Positions 48,449 through 58,424 of a stretch of DNA of 64,000 bases are shown in pieces. The stretch lies in the sequence record MT366760.1; one strand, 5' to 3'. Each line of letters starts with the position of its first letter. Positions within the stretch are counted from its first letter, which is position 1. The notes beneath the pieces were generated by a model, which was not told the DNA's origin, did not search any database, and worked only from the letters and a program-made list of their open reading frames with translations. The position numbers and the translations under genes were made by a program.

Positions 48449-49758
48449 TGGACGCAATAGCAGGTTTGCCTTTTATGGGCACATTTCGTTTACCTCCGAC
48501 TGAAACAGCAGATACCGCAACCGCAACGTTGCTACGTCACGATGATTCAGAAGTGGAAACAGGTATAACAATGACCAAGGTGGATGGTGGCTATTTAATT
48601 AGCCACACATTCAGCACTGAGGGTACGTATAAACTAAAAGTTGAAGGTGGTTCCGGTACGGAATACTTCGCTTCCTTAAATGTTATTGGCGAATTCCCTA
48701 CCAAGGAAGAAGTTGAAAATATACGTGACGCAATACTAGACACACAGGTCGTGGTAAAGGAGAAATATGTTTACATTAAGCAATTATTAACAGCCAACTT
48801 CGTCGCAGGTGGTCCTGTTGGGTTTGCATTTGGCTTTACACCAAATGCTAACGCCACACCAGATGAACAATCGCAACTATCCGGTACGTGGGATCAAGGC
48901 GTTAACAAACACTTTGACTCAGGGTCGTTTGATACCTCGGCAGTAGTCGGTTCTATTGTTACTTACACCAACGGTGTATTCTCTATAATAGCTACCAACG
49001 ACCCCAACGATATGTCGAGTAACCAAAACCAGAACGACGACTACAACTATCAATGGTTAATCTCAGATTATAAACATTCTGAGATACAAGACCCCGAAGA
49101 CGTGACTATTGATTCATCAAGCCGTGAAGACTTTTCTATTCGTAACTACACAGTGTCAACTGATTCAGGGGGCTTTATGTACTTGACCTCTGGTGACGTA
49201 TATAGAACTTTGTCTTCATATGGTTCCATATCTGATAGTGACGTCGTGATAGGTACAGTTGTGGGTACTGCACCTAGTGCACACGCACATATAGAATACA
49301 CCGTGACTACTACTAGGTCTTCTGATACCGTATCCGGTCATTTAGAAATAGTACATGGTGAATCGAGGTCAACCGTTCAGAGACTTCTTCACAAGTCAAT
49401 AATAACAGCGGTCAACAACCATGCTTCATTCAATCAGGGAATTGAATGGACATATGATGCAGCAGACGACCGTATAAACACGCATCAACCCTTCTTAGAT
49501 ATGTTTGATGTTACATTCACTATTAATAACACGGATGGTCAGGGTGGCTTAGGTACGAAAACAATCGAACTTGTATCCACCACTGCACTACTATCCTCAG
49601 GATTATCCGAAGAAGAAAGAACTGCGCTTTTCGAAGCAACCTCACTAGACGATTTAGCTACATTGAAAGCCGACCTACTAGCAGACACGTCACCACTTGC
49701 TAAACAAGATGTGGTGCTAGATATTCAAGATAAAGTTAACCGACCATGGTTAGATTAA
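48439..49758 (+). CDS. Putative virion protein with an N-terminal Ig-like domain
   Basis: GYLISHTFSTEGTYKLKV Ig-like motif shared with the next three ORFs. Confidence 0.55.
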   Translation: MALMDAIAGLPFMGTFRLPPTETADTATATLLRHDDSEVETGITMTKVDGGYLISHTFSTEGTYKLKVEGGSGTEYFASLNVIGEFPTKEEVENIRDAILDTQVVVKEKYVYIKQLLTANFVAGGPVGFAFGFTPNANATPDEQSQLSGTWDQGVNKHFDSGSFDTSAVVGSIVTYTNGVFSIIATNDPNDMSSNQNQNDDYNYQWLISDYKHSEIQDPEDVTIDSSSREDFSIRNYTVSTDSGGFMYLTSGDVYRTLSSYGSISDSDVVIGTVVGTAPSAHAHIEYTVTTTRSSDTVSGHLEIVHGESRSTVQRLLHKSIITAVNNHASFNQGIEWTYDAADDRINTHQPFLDMFDVTFTINNTDGQGGLGTKTIELVSTTALLSSGLSEEERTALFEATSLDDLATLKADLLADTSPLAKQDVVLDIQDKVNRPWLD

Positions 49759-49773
49759 ACTAAGGAAAATATT

Positions 49774-50166
49774 ATGCAAAAATACTCATATGCAGGTGAA
49801 GATCTGGTACTCATCGCCAAAGCTGACACAGGTGCAACAGTAGAGATTCAACATACCCTACCCGACAAAAGCGTTGTTGCTTCTAACGTAGCAATGACTG
49901 AGGACGGTACTACAGGTAACTTCTATCATACTTTTAACCACGCTGACGTGGGTACACACCTATTAAAGCTAGTATCAACTGACGACCCCGATATTGATGG
50001 GCACTCCCTATCAATTGTTAACTTCGCTACCTCAAATGCTGACCTTGCAATTGCTCTCACAGCAATGGATGGTAAACTTGATTCAATGGATACCAAACTA
50101 GACAATCTAGCTACCGCAGTCTCCGGAATCTCCGGCGCAGTAGAGAACACCGTTGGTTGGGTATAA
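49774..50166 (+). CDS. Small Ig-like + coiled-coil putative virion protein
   Basis: FYHTFNHADVGTHLLK; MDGKLDSMDTKLDNL heptads. Confidence 0.6.
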   Translation: MQKYSYAGEDLVLIAKADTGATVEIQHTLPDKSVVASNVAMTEDGTTGNFYHTFNHADVGTHLLKLVSTDDPDIDGHSLSIVNFATSNADLAIALTAMDGKLDSMDTKLDNLATAVSGISGAVENTVGWV

Positions 50167-50215
50167 CCTAACTTACTAGAAATTAAAGTAAATCAACACA
50201 TAGAAGGGACACATT

Positions 50216-50611
50216 ATGGCACTACGTGGCACTAAAGACGACGCATTAATTATCTCAGTTATCGCGGATACAACAGGTCTAACAGACCTGGAAGTAATCG
50301 TAACTAAACCTGATGGTACTGATGAAGCAACAAATGTAAGTTTAACAGAAGTAGGTTCCAAGAAAATCTATAAGGGTACTTATACACCCACCGCAGTTGG
50401 TGTATACTACCTTGAAATCGAGTCACCAACTGAGACGGGCTTAGACGGTAAGCGTAAGAGCTTACATGTACTAGAATTTGATGAGTCAGACATTGATACC
50501 AAGTTAGACTCAATGGACACCAAGCTAGATACACTAAGTACGGATGTCGCAGGTGTTAAAACAGCAGTTGACAGTCAAGCGGACGACCACCAAATCGGTT
50601 TCTTGGATTAA
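50216..50611 (+). CDS. Small Ig-like + coiled-coil putative virion protein (paralog)
   Basis: YKGTYTPTAVGVYYLE; IDTKLDSMDTKLDTL heptads. Confidence 0.6.
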   Translation: MALRGTKDDALIISVIADTTGLTDLEVIVTKPDGTDEATNVSLTEVGSKKIYKGTYTPTAVGVYYLEIESPTETGLDGKRKSLHVLEFDESDIDTKLDSMDTKLDTLSTDVAGVKTAVDSQADDHQIGFLD

Positions 50612-50629
50612 TAGCGGGGTAACTACTAT

Positions 50630-52684
50630 ATGGCACAGGCATTTGCAAATGTGCCGTATGAACAAGTGTTCGGTGTATCAGCAGGGGAATCTGCTGATAC
50701 ACTTACCGCAAAAGTGTATAGCCTAGATGCTAGTGGTAATCCCACCGAGATCGCTAGCGTTGCAACAAACAAGATAACCGTTAATTCCATTATAGTAGGT
50801 TATCTATTCGCGTACACTTTTAGTTCTACGGGCGCATACATCGTACAGGTTACAGAATCCACTAGTAATATAATCTCCGATTCTATAACAGTGACAAAGG
50901 CTTACGTTGACGAGGACGAATTCCATAACCTACTAGATTCATATGCTAACAAATCCGCCTACCACGCAGACATTTCTAGTCTGTTTACCCAAGGCAACAT
51001 GGAGTCTTTTACTAAGGCTAACTATTTACACTACTCACCCAATGATAAACAATTTACCCCCGCAAATATTAACACGAACTCACTTACGGGGTCATACGTT
51101 ATACCACCTGGGGAGAAAGCAGCCTACAAAATAAGTATATCTGAAGACGACAACAGACTGTTGTGTGGGGCTAAATTCTATATTGGAGGTCAACGTATTG
51201 TTGATAGCCCTGGTGGTGCAGCACTCCCCGGCGCATTCAAGGATACCACTGTAAAATTCAAAATATGGCGAGACCTCGGTAGTCCGAACACTGATGCTAG
51301 GTTTGGTGAAGTACTCTGGGAATCCGATGACACTAATCTATCTACGGGTACTTACTTACGTAGGGTACTAATAGAAGACGCGGGGTTACCTGGGTTCCAA
51401 TACATATGGGTTGACCACTTAGTGTTTACCTTCTCTGATATTACAGCACTACCTATTTCGGGTAACTTCCTCGTGGGATGGGAACACACTGGTACAGAAG
51501 GGGACAATAGTCCCGTTGTGATTAGACATTCAGCCTCCTCCATAAGTTCCGGATTTTTCTATGAGTGGTATTACCTAGGACGCACCAACGAGATACGTAA
51601 CAACTACTGGAATTATTATGGTCCTTATTCACAGCTAGAGACATATACTACTAATGAAAATGCTATAGCTCAAATCCAACAAACACTGGATTCACCCTTG
51701 GATTCTAACGTCGTATCAGTTACGGGTACAAGTGTATCTGATGTGGATGATTTTAAATCTGATTTAAATAGTATTAGTGATGATATAACTAACCTACTTG
51801 AAACGTCCCCTAGTGTATTCGATGTAGAGGAATCCGCACGTAAATCACTAAATGGTTTCTCTGGCTCAAAAGGGTTTGGTAATGATTCAGCGTTAACTAA
51901 TAATATTGTTTTTAAAGATCCACACCGGATATACTTCGGTGGTATCGGTAAGAAACTCGAAAATGGTCAGAGAGCTTTACGCTATATAGATGCTACGGAT
52001 AAAGTAATAACCCGACTACAAGTCTTGATTGGTATTGGTGTAGATGCTGACCAACCCGCATTAGTTGATACCTACAACTTCCGTGTAAAAGTATTCCGTA
52101 CTACTCGCGTACTTACATTTCCCTCAGATCCCACAGGATACAGTTATGCAGACGTAGTTAGTTCCACCATTGTATGGCAGTCTTCTAACCTAAGTTCTAG
52201 TGAATATCCATTCTTTTCCCGTGGAAGCCAGTTAGGGTCCTCCGGTAAGCGACAAGAAAATAGACTGGTTGACATTGAATTGCCAACACCCATATCTGGT
52301 GAATCCGGTCTTGCTATTGGATGGGAGGTAACGAGCACTAATAATCCTGGATTAGTCGTCTACGATATTTACGGTGCCTCCGGTACACCAAACACTGCTT
52401 CCGATATGGTATCCTTCTATTATGACGGTGATTCCTACAGGGATGGAACTAACGCTAACCCAAGGTACTTGACTAGTTTAGGTTCTAGCCCAATGGGTAT
52501 CCGTATATTCTATACTGAACCAAGTAACGCAATTATGACTAATCTGGTTAATGAGGTAACCGAAATAGGAACAAATGTAGATACCCTAACCACGAATGTA
52601 TCAACTGTGGATTCTAATGTGAGTTCAGTTAAATCTGTGGTAGACACTAACCAATTACTCCTACACAATCTACCAAAGTCATAA
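50630..52684 (+). CDS. Putative virion protein: Ig-like N-terminus, two repeated beta-domains, C-terminal coiled coil
   Basis: YLFAYTFSSTGAYIVQV; duplicated domain also present in the 1924-aa protein; LTTNVSTVDSNVSSV heptads. Confidence 0.55.
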   Translation: MAQAFANVPYEQVFGVSAGESADTLTAKVYSLDASGNPTEIASVATNKITVNSIIVGYLFAYTFSSTGAYIVQVTESTSNIISDSITVTKAYVDEDEFHNLLDSYANKSAYHADISSLFTQGNMESFTKANYLHYSPNDKQFTPANINTNSLTGSYVIPPGEKAAYKISISEDDNRLLCGAKFYIGGQRIVDSPGGAALPGAFKDTTVKFKIWRDLGSPNTDARFGEVLWESDDTNLSTGTYLRRVLIEDAGLPGFQYIWVDHLVFTFSDITALPISGNFLVGWEHTGTEGDNSPVVIRHSASSISSGFFYEWYYLGRTNEIRNNYWNYYGPYSQLETYTTNENAIAQIQQTLDSPLDSNVVSVTGTSVSDVDDFKSDLNSISDDITNLLETSPSVFDVEESARKSLNGFSGSKGFGNDSALTNNIVFKDPHRIYFGGIGKKLENGQRALRYIDATDKVITRLQVLIGIGVDADQPALVDTYNFRVKVFRTTRVLTFPSDPTGYSYADVVSSTIVWQSSNLSSSEYPFFSRGSQLGSSGKRQENRLVDIELPTPISGESGLAIGWEVTSTNNPGLVVYDIYGASGTPNTASDMVSFYYDGDSYRDGTNANPRYLTSLGSSPMGIRIFYTEPSNAIMTNLVNEVTEIGTNVDTLTTNVSTVDSNVSSVKSVVDTNQLLLHNLPKS

Positions 52685-52691
52685 ACCCTTT

Positions 52692-52717
52692 AGCCCTGAC
52701 TTCAGTTGGGGCTTTTT
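52692..52717 (+). terminator. Rho-independent terminator
   Basis: AGCCCTGAC-TTCA-GTTGGGGCT followed by TTTT. Confidence 0.8.
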
Positions 52718-52722
52718 CATCT

Positions 52723-52730
52723 TGTAAATA
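52723..52730 (+). promoter_or_regulatory. TGTAAATA promoter-like motif
   Basis: CATCTTGTAAATA, same context as at 39673. Confidence 0.6.
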
Positions 52731-52787
52731 TGCTTTATGGACACTACTTAGCTCAAGGAACTAGCATATCAATATGAGATACATAAA

Positions 52788-53096
52788 ATGCAAGAGATTT
52801 TAGATGCACTATTAGCATTCTTTTGGTCAATGATGGGTGATACACTCACAGATATGGCTATTCAAATATTCGGACTCGTAGGTACTCTATGTGTTGCACT
52901 ACCTTTCGTGCTTGGCTCCTCAATGGGTCGTGCCGATTGGCACCCGACTACGTGGAAGTTCATCTTAGTTAACTTCACTGGTGCCGTAATTCTACTTATT
53001 TCTCTGATGTGGCATCCCAATCTGGGTTCCATCGTCATCGAATTGTTCTGGATTAGTGGGGGTTTAATTGCCATCCGCAAGAAATTAAATTCCTAA
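52788..53096 (+). CDS. Small 3-TM membrane protein (CBU_0592-like)
   Basis: IFGLVGTLCVAL...FILVNFTGAVILLISL..HPNLGSIVIELFW pattern. Confidence 0.55.
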   Translation: MQEILDALLAFFWSMMGDTLTDMAIQIFGLVGTLCVALPFVLGSSMGRADWHPTTWKFILVNFTGAVILLISLMWHPNLGSIVIELFWISGGLIAIRKKLNS

Positions 53097-53111
53097 CAAG
53101 ATAACACCATT

Positions 53112-53136
53112 TAGGCGGCTTATGTCGCCTATTTTT
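53112..53136 (+). terminator. Rho-independent terminator
   Basis: TAGGCGGC-TTAT-GTCGCCTA followed by TTTTT. Confidence 0.8.
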
Positions 53137-53139
53137 ATC

Positions 53140-53147
53140 TGTAAATA
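53140..53147 (+). promoter_or_regulatory. TGTAAATA promoter-like motif
   Basis: Directly after the terminator, heading the SbcD-DnaX-SbcC operon. Confidence 0.6.
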
Positions 53148-53182
53148 AATGGTGATGATGACTAACATGTAGAGGACTACTC

Positions 53183-53437
53183 ATGACGGATTTACTTAGT
53201 ATATTCAGGGGCATCTGTAAGTTCAAAAGTTATAGTGTTGCTGACAATGCATCTGACGAAGTTGTAGAAGACTTCCTTCGCCACCAAGTATCCTGTCCGA
53301 TAGGGCTTTGGTCAGTTGATGGGTTACCAGAACAAGCGGAGACTGAAGCATTTCATTACTTTGAGCAATACTATTCTGATGGTGAATATACCGAACAGAT
53401 TAAAGAATGGGAACGTAAGACAAATGGCGAAGCTTAA
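53183..53437 (+). CDS. Hypothetical protein
   Basis: 84-aa ORF with a GAGGA RBS. Confidence 0.55.
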   Translation: MTDLLSIFRGICKFKSYSVADNASDEVVEDFLRHQVSCPIGLWSVDGLPEQAETEAFHYFEQYYSDGEYTEQIKEWERKTNGEA

Positions 53438-54488
53438 AAATAAAGATAAAGCCAAAAAGGGCGGGTCGTTAGACTACGTAGGTATTGGTGACCCACACCT
53501 TGATAAGCTATATAACAAATTCGGGGAGGAAGCTATACCCCTACAGATGGCTGAATTAAGAAAGCCCTGTGATTACGCCTTAGAGAACGGCATCAAGACA
53601 GTTATCTATCTTGGAGACACTGCTGACAATCCACGTTTGTCCTATCAAGCGCAAATAGCTTTGCAAGACCATTTATTCAAATATGATAAGAAGGGTCTAG
53701 AACAACACATCATACTCGGTAACCACGATGTTGAAGCTGAAGACTATCATGCGTTAGAAACTATTCAAAACTTGATTAAGAACGGTGCATTCAAAAATGT
53801 TGTTCTCTATGAAAAGCCAGAACAAGTTTGGATTGATGGTGTACCCTTCAACTTCCTACCATTCCCCGCTAAGGAACCATTGGATAAGACTAACGCTATT
53901 AATATAGCTCACATTGAACGTCCTGGGGCTTTACGTGATAATGGTATGCGTATTCAAAAGGGTGGTATCGAAGAGGACTCACGTGACGATGTGTGGGACG
54001 TAGGTCATCTACATACACCGCAGCAACAGGGTAGAACTGTATACGCAGGAACCCTATTCCAAACTAATTTTGGTGAATCCTTACCTAAATCATTCCTTCA
54101 TTGCTCAGCTAAATATGACGCTAAGAAAAACAAGATTAAGCGGACATTTCAACGTATCGCTGTTGACCCCGCATTCAAGTTCTTTAACTTAGAAGTCAAT
54201 GAACTAGCTGACCTGAAACAAATTGAGAAGAATCCATTATATTTATATAAGGTATTTGCGAATACTGAGATGGAACTCCCAAAAAACCTAATGGCTAAGT
54301 ACCCAAACGTTATACAGACTCTTGGTTTCTCATCTAAAGAGGAACTCAAAGACCTGATGGATACATCAACCGCAAAAATCACTCATGACGTGCGTGATGG
54401 CCTCGATGACTACCTTAAAGAAACTAGGGGATTCAACGAAGACCAAATTAAACGTGCTCACACCTTACTAGATGAAGCAGGGCTATAA
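53424..54488 (+). CDS. sbcD: SbcD/Mre11-like recombination nuclease (T4 gp47-like)
   Basis: IGDPH, YLGD, ILGNHD, VGHLH and YAGTLFQTNFGE metallophosphoesterase motifs. Confidence 0.9.
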   Translation: MAKLKNKDKAKKGGSLDYVGIGDPHLDKLYNKFGEEAIPLQMAELRKPCDYALENGIKTVIYLGDTADNPRLSYQAQIALQDHLFKYDKKGLEQHIILGNHDVEAEDYHALETIQNLIKNGAFKNVVLYEKPEQVWIDGVPFNFLPFPAKEPLDKTNAINIAHIERPGALRDNGMRIQKGGIEEDSRDDVWDVGHLHTPQQQGRTVYAGTLFQTNFGESLPKSFLHCSAKYDAKKNKIKRTFQRIAVDPAFKFFNLEVNELADLKQIEKNPLYLYKVFANTEMELPKNLMAKYPNVIQTLGFSSKEELKDLMDTSTAKITHDVRDGLDDYLKETRGFNEDQIKRAHTLLDEAGL

Positions 54489-54489
54489 A

Positions 54490-55659
54490 ATGGCAAAGAA
54501 CAAACCTTGGGATTTAAAATACCGTCCACGTGTACTAGAAGACACCGCAGGTCACAGAGCTGTAGTTAACCAACTTACTCAGATGATTCGTAACGCTGAA
54601 GACACACTACCTAATGCCTTGATGTTTGTAGGTGGTTCCGGTCGTGGTAAAACAACGCTAGCTCGTATGATTGCACGTTACCTTAACTGTGAAAAGGGTA
54701 CAAGTTGTGGTAAGTGTGATTCGTGTAAAGCTATTGATTCTGATTCACACCCAGACTACGCTGAATACAACGCTGCTGAACACCGTGGTATTGATGCTAT
54801 CCGCTCAATCACTGCCAAGGCTAAATTTAAGCCTCGCAACAAGGTTCGCGTAATACTACTCGATGAATGTCACATGTTGACCAAGGAAGCAGCGAACGCT
54901 CTATTGAAACCACTTGAAGAACCACCTGCGGATACAATATGGATCTTGGCTACTACCAACCCAGAAATGATTCCAAACTCTAAAGCGGTCTGTGGTCGTT
55001 GTGCTGTGATGAACCTAGCCGAGCCAAACCCTAAAGATATTGCTAGCCGACTAGCTGACATTGCCAAAGCTGAAAAGATCAAAGTGTTCACTGACGAAGC
55101 CCTACTCAAACTGGCTAGTGCATCTGGTGGTCACATCCGTGATGCAGTTAAGATGTTGGAAGCTGCATGGCGATTAATCGAACAGTCTGGTAAAGCCAAG
55201 AAGCTCAAGGATAAAGAGCTTAACAAATTCATTGATGACGTCACAACTAAGCTACAGGCTGACGACATCGAAATGGATGCGATTGCTATTAAGATCCTAG
55301 TGGGTATCTACACGGATGATGTCTCTATGATTATTAGCGCCATCATGGATACTAAGGACTACGTCCCACTAGCAATCAAGATGATTTACCTTAACAAGTA
55401 TCTCATGTATACTGCATCAGGTTGTACCAATTCTAAATATGTATGGCATACACCGACCAACAAGAAGTTCATTGGGCTTATCAACAAATCTGAGTCGTGT
55501 AAAGGTATCACCAAACGACCAGATGAAGTTGTTCGTGTACACGACGCAATCATCCAACTACGTCACGCACTTGTTACAACGGCGGGTGTAGATGGTTCAG
55601 ATCTATATATCACACGCCTTGGTCAACTCGGTGTTTCTACTAAGAAAAAGAAGAAGTAA
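54490..55659 (+). CDS. dnaX: DNA polymerase III gamma/tau-like clamp-loader ATPase
   Basis: LKYRP, GGSGRGKTTLAR, LNC...CGKCDSC Zn module, LDECHMLT..AANALLKPLEEPP. Confidence 0.9.
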   Translation: MAKNKPWDLKYRPRVLEDTAGHRAVVNQLTQMIRNAEDTLPNALMFVGGSGRGKTTLARMIARYLNCEKGTSCGKCDSCKAIDSDSHPDYAEYNAAEHRGIDAIRSITAKAKFKPRNKVRVILLDECHMLTKEAANALLKPLEEPPADTIWILATTNPEMIPNSKAVCGRCAVMNLAEPNPKDIASRLADIAKAEKIKVFTDEALLKLASASGGHIRDAVKMLEAAWRLIEQSGKAKKLKDKELNKFIDDVTTKLQADDIEMDAIAIKILVGIYTDDVSMIISAIMDTKDYVPLAIKMIYLNKYLMYTASGCTNSKYVWHTPTNKKFIGLINKSESCKGITKRPDEVVRVHDAIIQLRHALVTTAGVDGSDLYITRLGQLGVSTKKKKK

Positions 55660-55662
55660 TAC

Positions 55663-58044
55663 ATGCAGAACCTCGGTAAGTTAACTGTCGAGGATATGGT
55701 TTACTACAAACACGCTGAATTAGACTTAGACTACGAGGGGGTTACGTACTTATCCGGTCGTAACCTCAACTCTAAAGTTAAGGGTCGAAACAACGGCAGC
55801 GGTAAATCACTCTTGATGAGTCCGATAGTTAATATGATTAAAGCCGTGCTACCCTCTCATGAGAAGAACGCACGCGCCCTGAAACACAGCTTGTTCTCAA
55901 CGGGTACTAATGTTAGCCTTGAATATAATAATGGCAAACATAGTTACCTATTGAATAAGTCAATGCCTAAAAAGGGTATCAAGTGGAATATATCTGAAGA
56001 CGGTAAGGAACTTAATCACCCAACACCAACTAAAGCAGAGAATTTCGCTCAGTCACTATGTCCGTTAAACGAACAAGAGTTCTTTTCAACGGTATACCTT
56101 GATAGCCGTCGTCCGAATACTATGCATATTGGTACTAGTTCAGAACGTTTCAATTTCTTTTCTGACCTATTCCGACTACACGACTACGACAATATCAAGA
56201 AGTATTTCTCAACCCGTATAAAGGAGCTTGAGGAAGCTAGGGTTAAACGTGACAGCTACATAGAACAGATGGCGGACGTTGCATACACAACTAAATTCGA
56301 CCCTAAGACCAAGCGTAACATGATTAAAGTTGCTGAAGAATCCTCTAAGAAACTTCAGGAATCTATTGACAAGCTAACATCTGAAGTTAACTACATCCGT
56401 TTATTCCTTGCTAACGAAAAGTCACTAGGTAAAGTAGAGGGTACTTCTGCTGCTGAACTCAAGACGCACCTAAAGCAGTGGAAAGAAGATCTTAAACATG
56501 CTAAGAAGTATGAGAAGTATCTAGAAAAGTTGGATGAATACAACGATAAACTTACCAAGCTTAAGGACATACTTAAGCGTTGTTCTAAAGAAGGTAAAAA
56601 GCACGGGGCTAAAACACCTAAAGAGCTAGCAGCATTCATCAAAGAAAATGAGAAGAAAGTCGCTACACTTGAACAACGACGCAAAGAACTCAAGAAAGAG
56701 ATTTCAAAATCCGCTGATAAGTTGGGTGACATTGAGACCAACTTAGAAGCTATTACCAAACTTGAACACAGGATTGCTAAACACAAGACTCTGGATAAGT
56801 CGGGTAAATATGAGGCTCGTATTGAAGCTGCTGAACAACACGTTGATGCTATCGAGGAGTTTTTGGATGGCAAATCAAGTGGCACCTGTAGTGTCTGTGG
56901 TGGCGAGTTTACCAAGAAGCAAGCTAAAGCAAAACTCAAGGAACTAAGAGTTACTATTGAGAAGAATCGTGATTTGTTGAAGCTAGCACGTAAACAGGAG
57001 AAAGACCTAGATGAGAAAAAGTCATATGGCAAAACGTCGCTCGATGAACTCCAGAAGAAAGCTGAAAAACTCACAAAGGACTGCAAAGCGTATAAAAAGG
57101 AACGCGAATCTTTGGTTCTTCCAGACGTCAACTTAGAGTCCCTTGATGAACTATGTAGTAAATGGAAGCACTACCAAAAGATGTTAGACGATTTGACCAA
57201 ACCAGAAAAGGTCGCTGAATCAGTGGCATCCGTAAACACACTTGAGAAGTCGATTGATAAAGCTAAATCAAAATTGCAGATACTAGAAACACTAGACAAC
57301 ATGTTGGAAGACATCAACCGTGGTCGTAAGTTGTGTAAAGGTAAACCTGCAAAGAAAGCAGCTAAGTCACGTAAAGCTGAGATTGCCACACTTCAAGACG
57401 AAATTGGTAAGCTGAGCAATAGCATAACTCAATGGCACACTGAGATAACCAAGTATGAAACGGACAACGATCTGTTTAAGAAGCTAGATAAGAAACGTAG
57501 GAAAATTGAAGAGTCATTAAGTGACTTGGAAATATTCGATGCAATGGTAGACGCCTATGGTACTAAGGGTCTAAAAGTGTTGGCTATGAAGAACATCAAA
57601 GCTTTCATTGAAAAGAACCTTAACAAATACAGTTCACTATTATTCCCAGAGAAGTTCGAGTTCTACATCAATGTGGAAATCAATGCCTTTGACATTATGG
57701 TTAAACGCCATTCAAACGGGAAACTAGTGGAGAGTGACGTGCGTCATCTATCCGGTTCAGAATCTCGCTCGTTCTGTCTACTGTGGCTTATAAGCATACT
57801 ACCATTGATACCGCAAGAACGTCGTTACAACGTTTGTATACTGGATGAATACGAATCTAACTGTGACCATGTTACTAGAGAAATGATGTGTAAGGAATTC
57901 ATACCCGCATTAGCTGAGATAGTTCCCCACGTTATCTTTATCAGTCCATACGCTGACATCCCAATAGACCACCCTCACCTCAGGCACTTGGTAGTAGAGA
58001 AGGGTAAAGACGGGATAAGTCGCTTGAAGTCTAGAGGTGAATAA
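55663..58044 (+). CDS. sbcC: SbcC/Rad50-like SMC ATPase (T4 gp46-like)
   Basis: NGSGKS Walker A, long coiled coil with a CSVC Zn hook, LSGSE signature, ILDE Walker B. Confidence 0.9.
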   Translation: MQNLGKLTVEDMVYYKHAELDLDYEGVTYLSGRNLNSKVKGRNNGSGKSLLMSPIVNMIKAVLPSHEKNARALKHSLFSTGTNVSLEYNNGKHSYLLNKSMPKKGIKWNISEDGKELNHPTPTKAENFAQSLCPLNEQEFFSTVYLDSRRPNTMHIGTSSERFNFFSDLFRLHDYDNIKKYFSTRIKELEEARVKRDSYIEQMADVAYTTKFDPKTKRNMIKVAEESSKKLQESIDKLTSEVNYIRLFLANEKSLGKVEGTSAAELKTHLKQWKEDLKHAKKYEKYLEKLDEYNDKLTKLKDILKRCSKEGKKHGAKTPKELAAFIKENEKKVATLEQRRKELKKEISKSADKLGDIETNLEAITKLEHRIAKHKTLDKSGKYEARIEAAEQHVDAIEEFLDGKSSGTCSVCGGEFTKKQAKAKLKELRVTIEKNRDLLKLARKQEKDLDEKKSYGKTSLDELQKKAEKLTKDCKAYKKERESLVLPDVNLESLDELCSKWKHYQKMLDDLTKPEKVAESVASVNTLEKSIDKAKSKLQILETLDNMLEDINRGRKLCKGKPAKKAAKSRKAEIATLQDEIGKLSNSITQWHTEITKYETDNDLFKKLDKKRRKIEESLSDLEIFDAMVDAYGTKGLKVLAMKNIKAFIEKNLNKYSSLLFPEKFEFYINVEINAFDIMVKRHSNGKLVESDVRHLSGSESRSFCLLWLISILPLIPQERRYNVCILDEYESNCDHVTREMMCKEFIPALAEIVPHVIFISPYADIPIDHPHLRHLVVEKGKDGISRLKSRGE

Positions 58045-58046
58045 TC

Positions 58047-58424
58047 ATGAAACTAGCTGATTTAGAACCAAGGGTTAGACATTGCCCTAAACATGAGATG
58101 ACGGGTAGTCGTATACTACCCTATCCTGACCCACGAACTGGTGGATATTTCGTATCCGTTAACCACTACCGAGACCTTTTGGACATACAGGAGGAAATAG
58201 CTCGTAGACAAGGGTTAGCACATTTACACAACCCCGACCACCACTCTAAGGGAATCCTCGGTATGTTGAATGGTCACCCCGTTTACACTGATGCATACAT
58301 CCACAGGGATAAACAGTTTAATCTACAGTCGTCGGATACACCCGTAATTTATTCAATGCCTTGGCAACTGTCACACGATGTAGCCAACTATCTAGCGAGT
58401 ACTAATAATGATAGCAGAAATTAA
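58047..58424 (+). CDS. Hypothetical protein
   Basis: 125-aa ORF in operon. Confidence 0.5.
   Translation: MKLADLEPRVRHCPKHEMTGSRILPYPDPRTGGYFVSVNHYRDLLDIQEEIARRQGLAHLHNPDHHSKGILGMLNGHPVYTDAYIHRDKQFNLQSSDTPVIYSMPWQLSHDVANYLASTNNDSRN

Noticed and set aside
56391-57131. 246-aa antisense ORF within sbcC
   Set aside because: Shadow of coiled-coil codon bias on the opposite strand.
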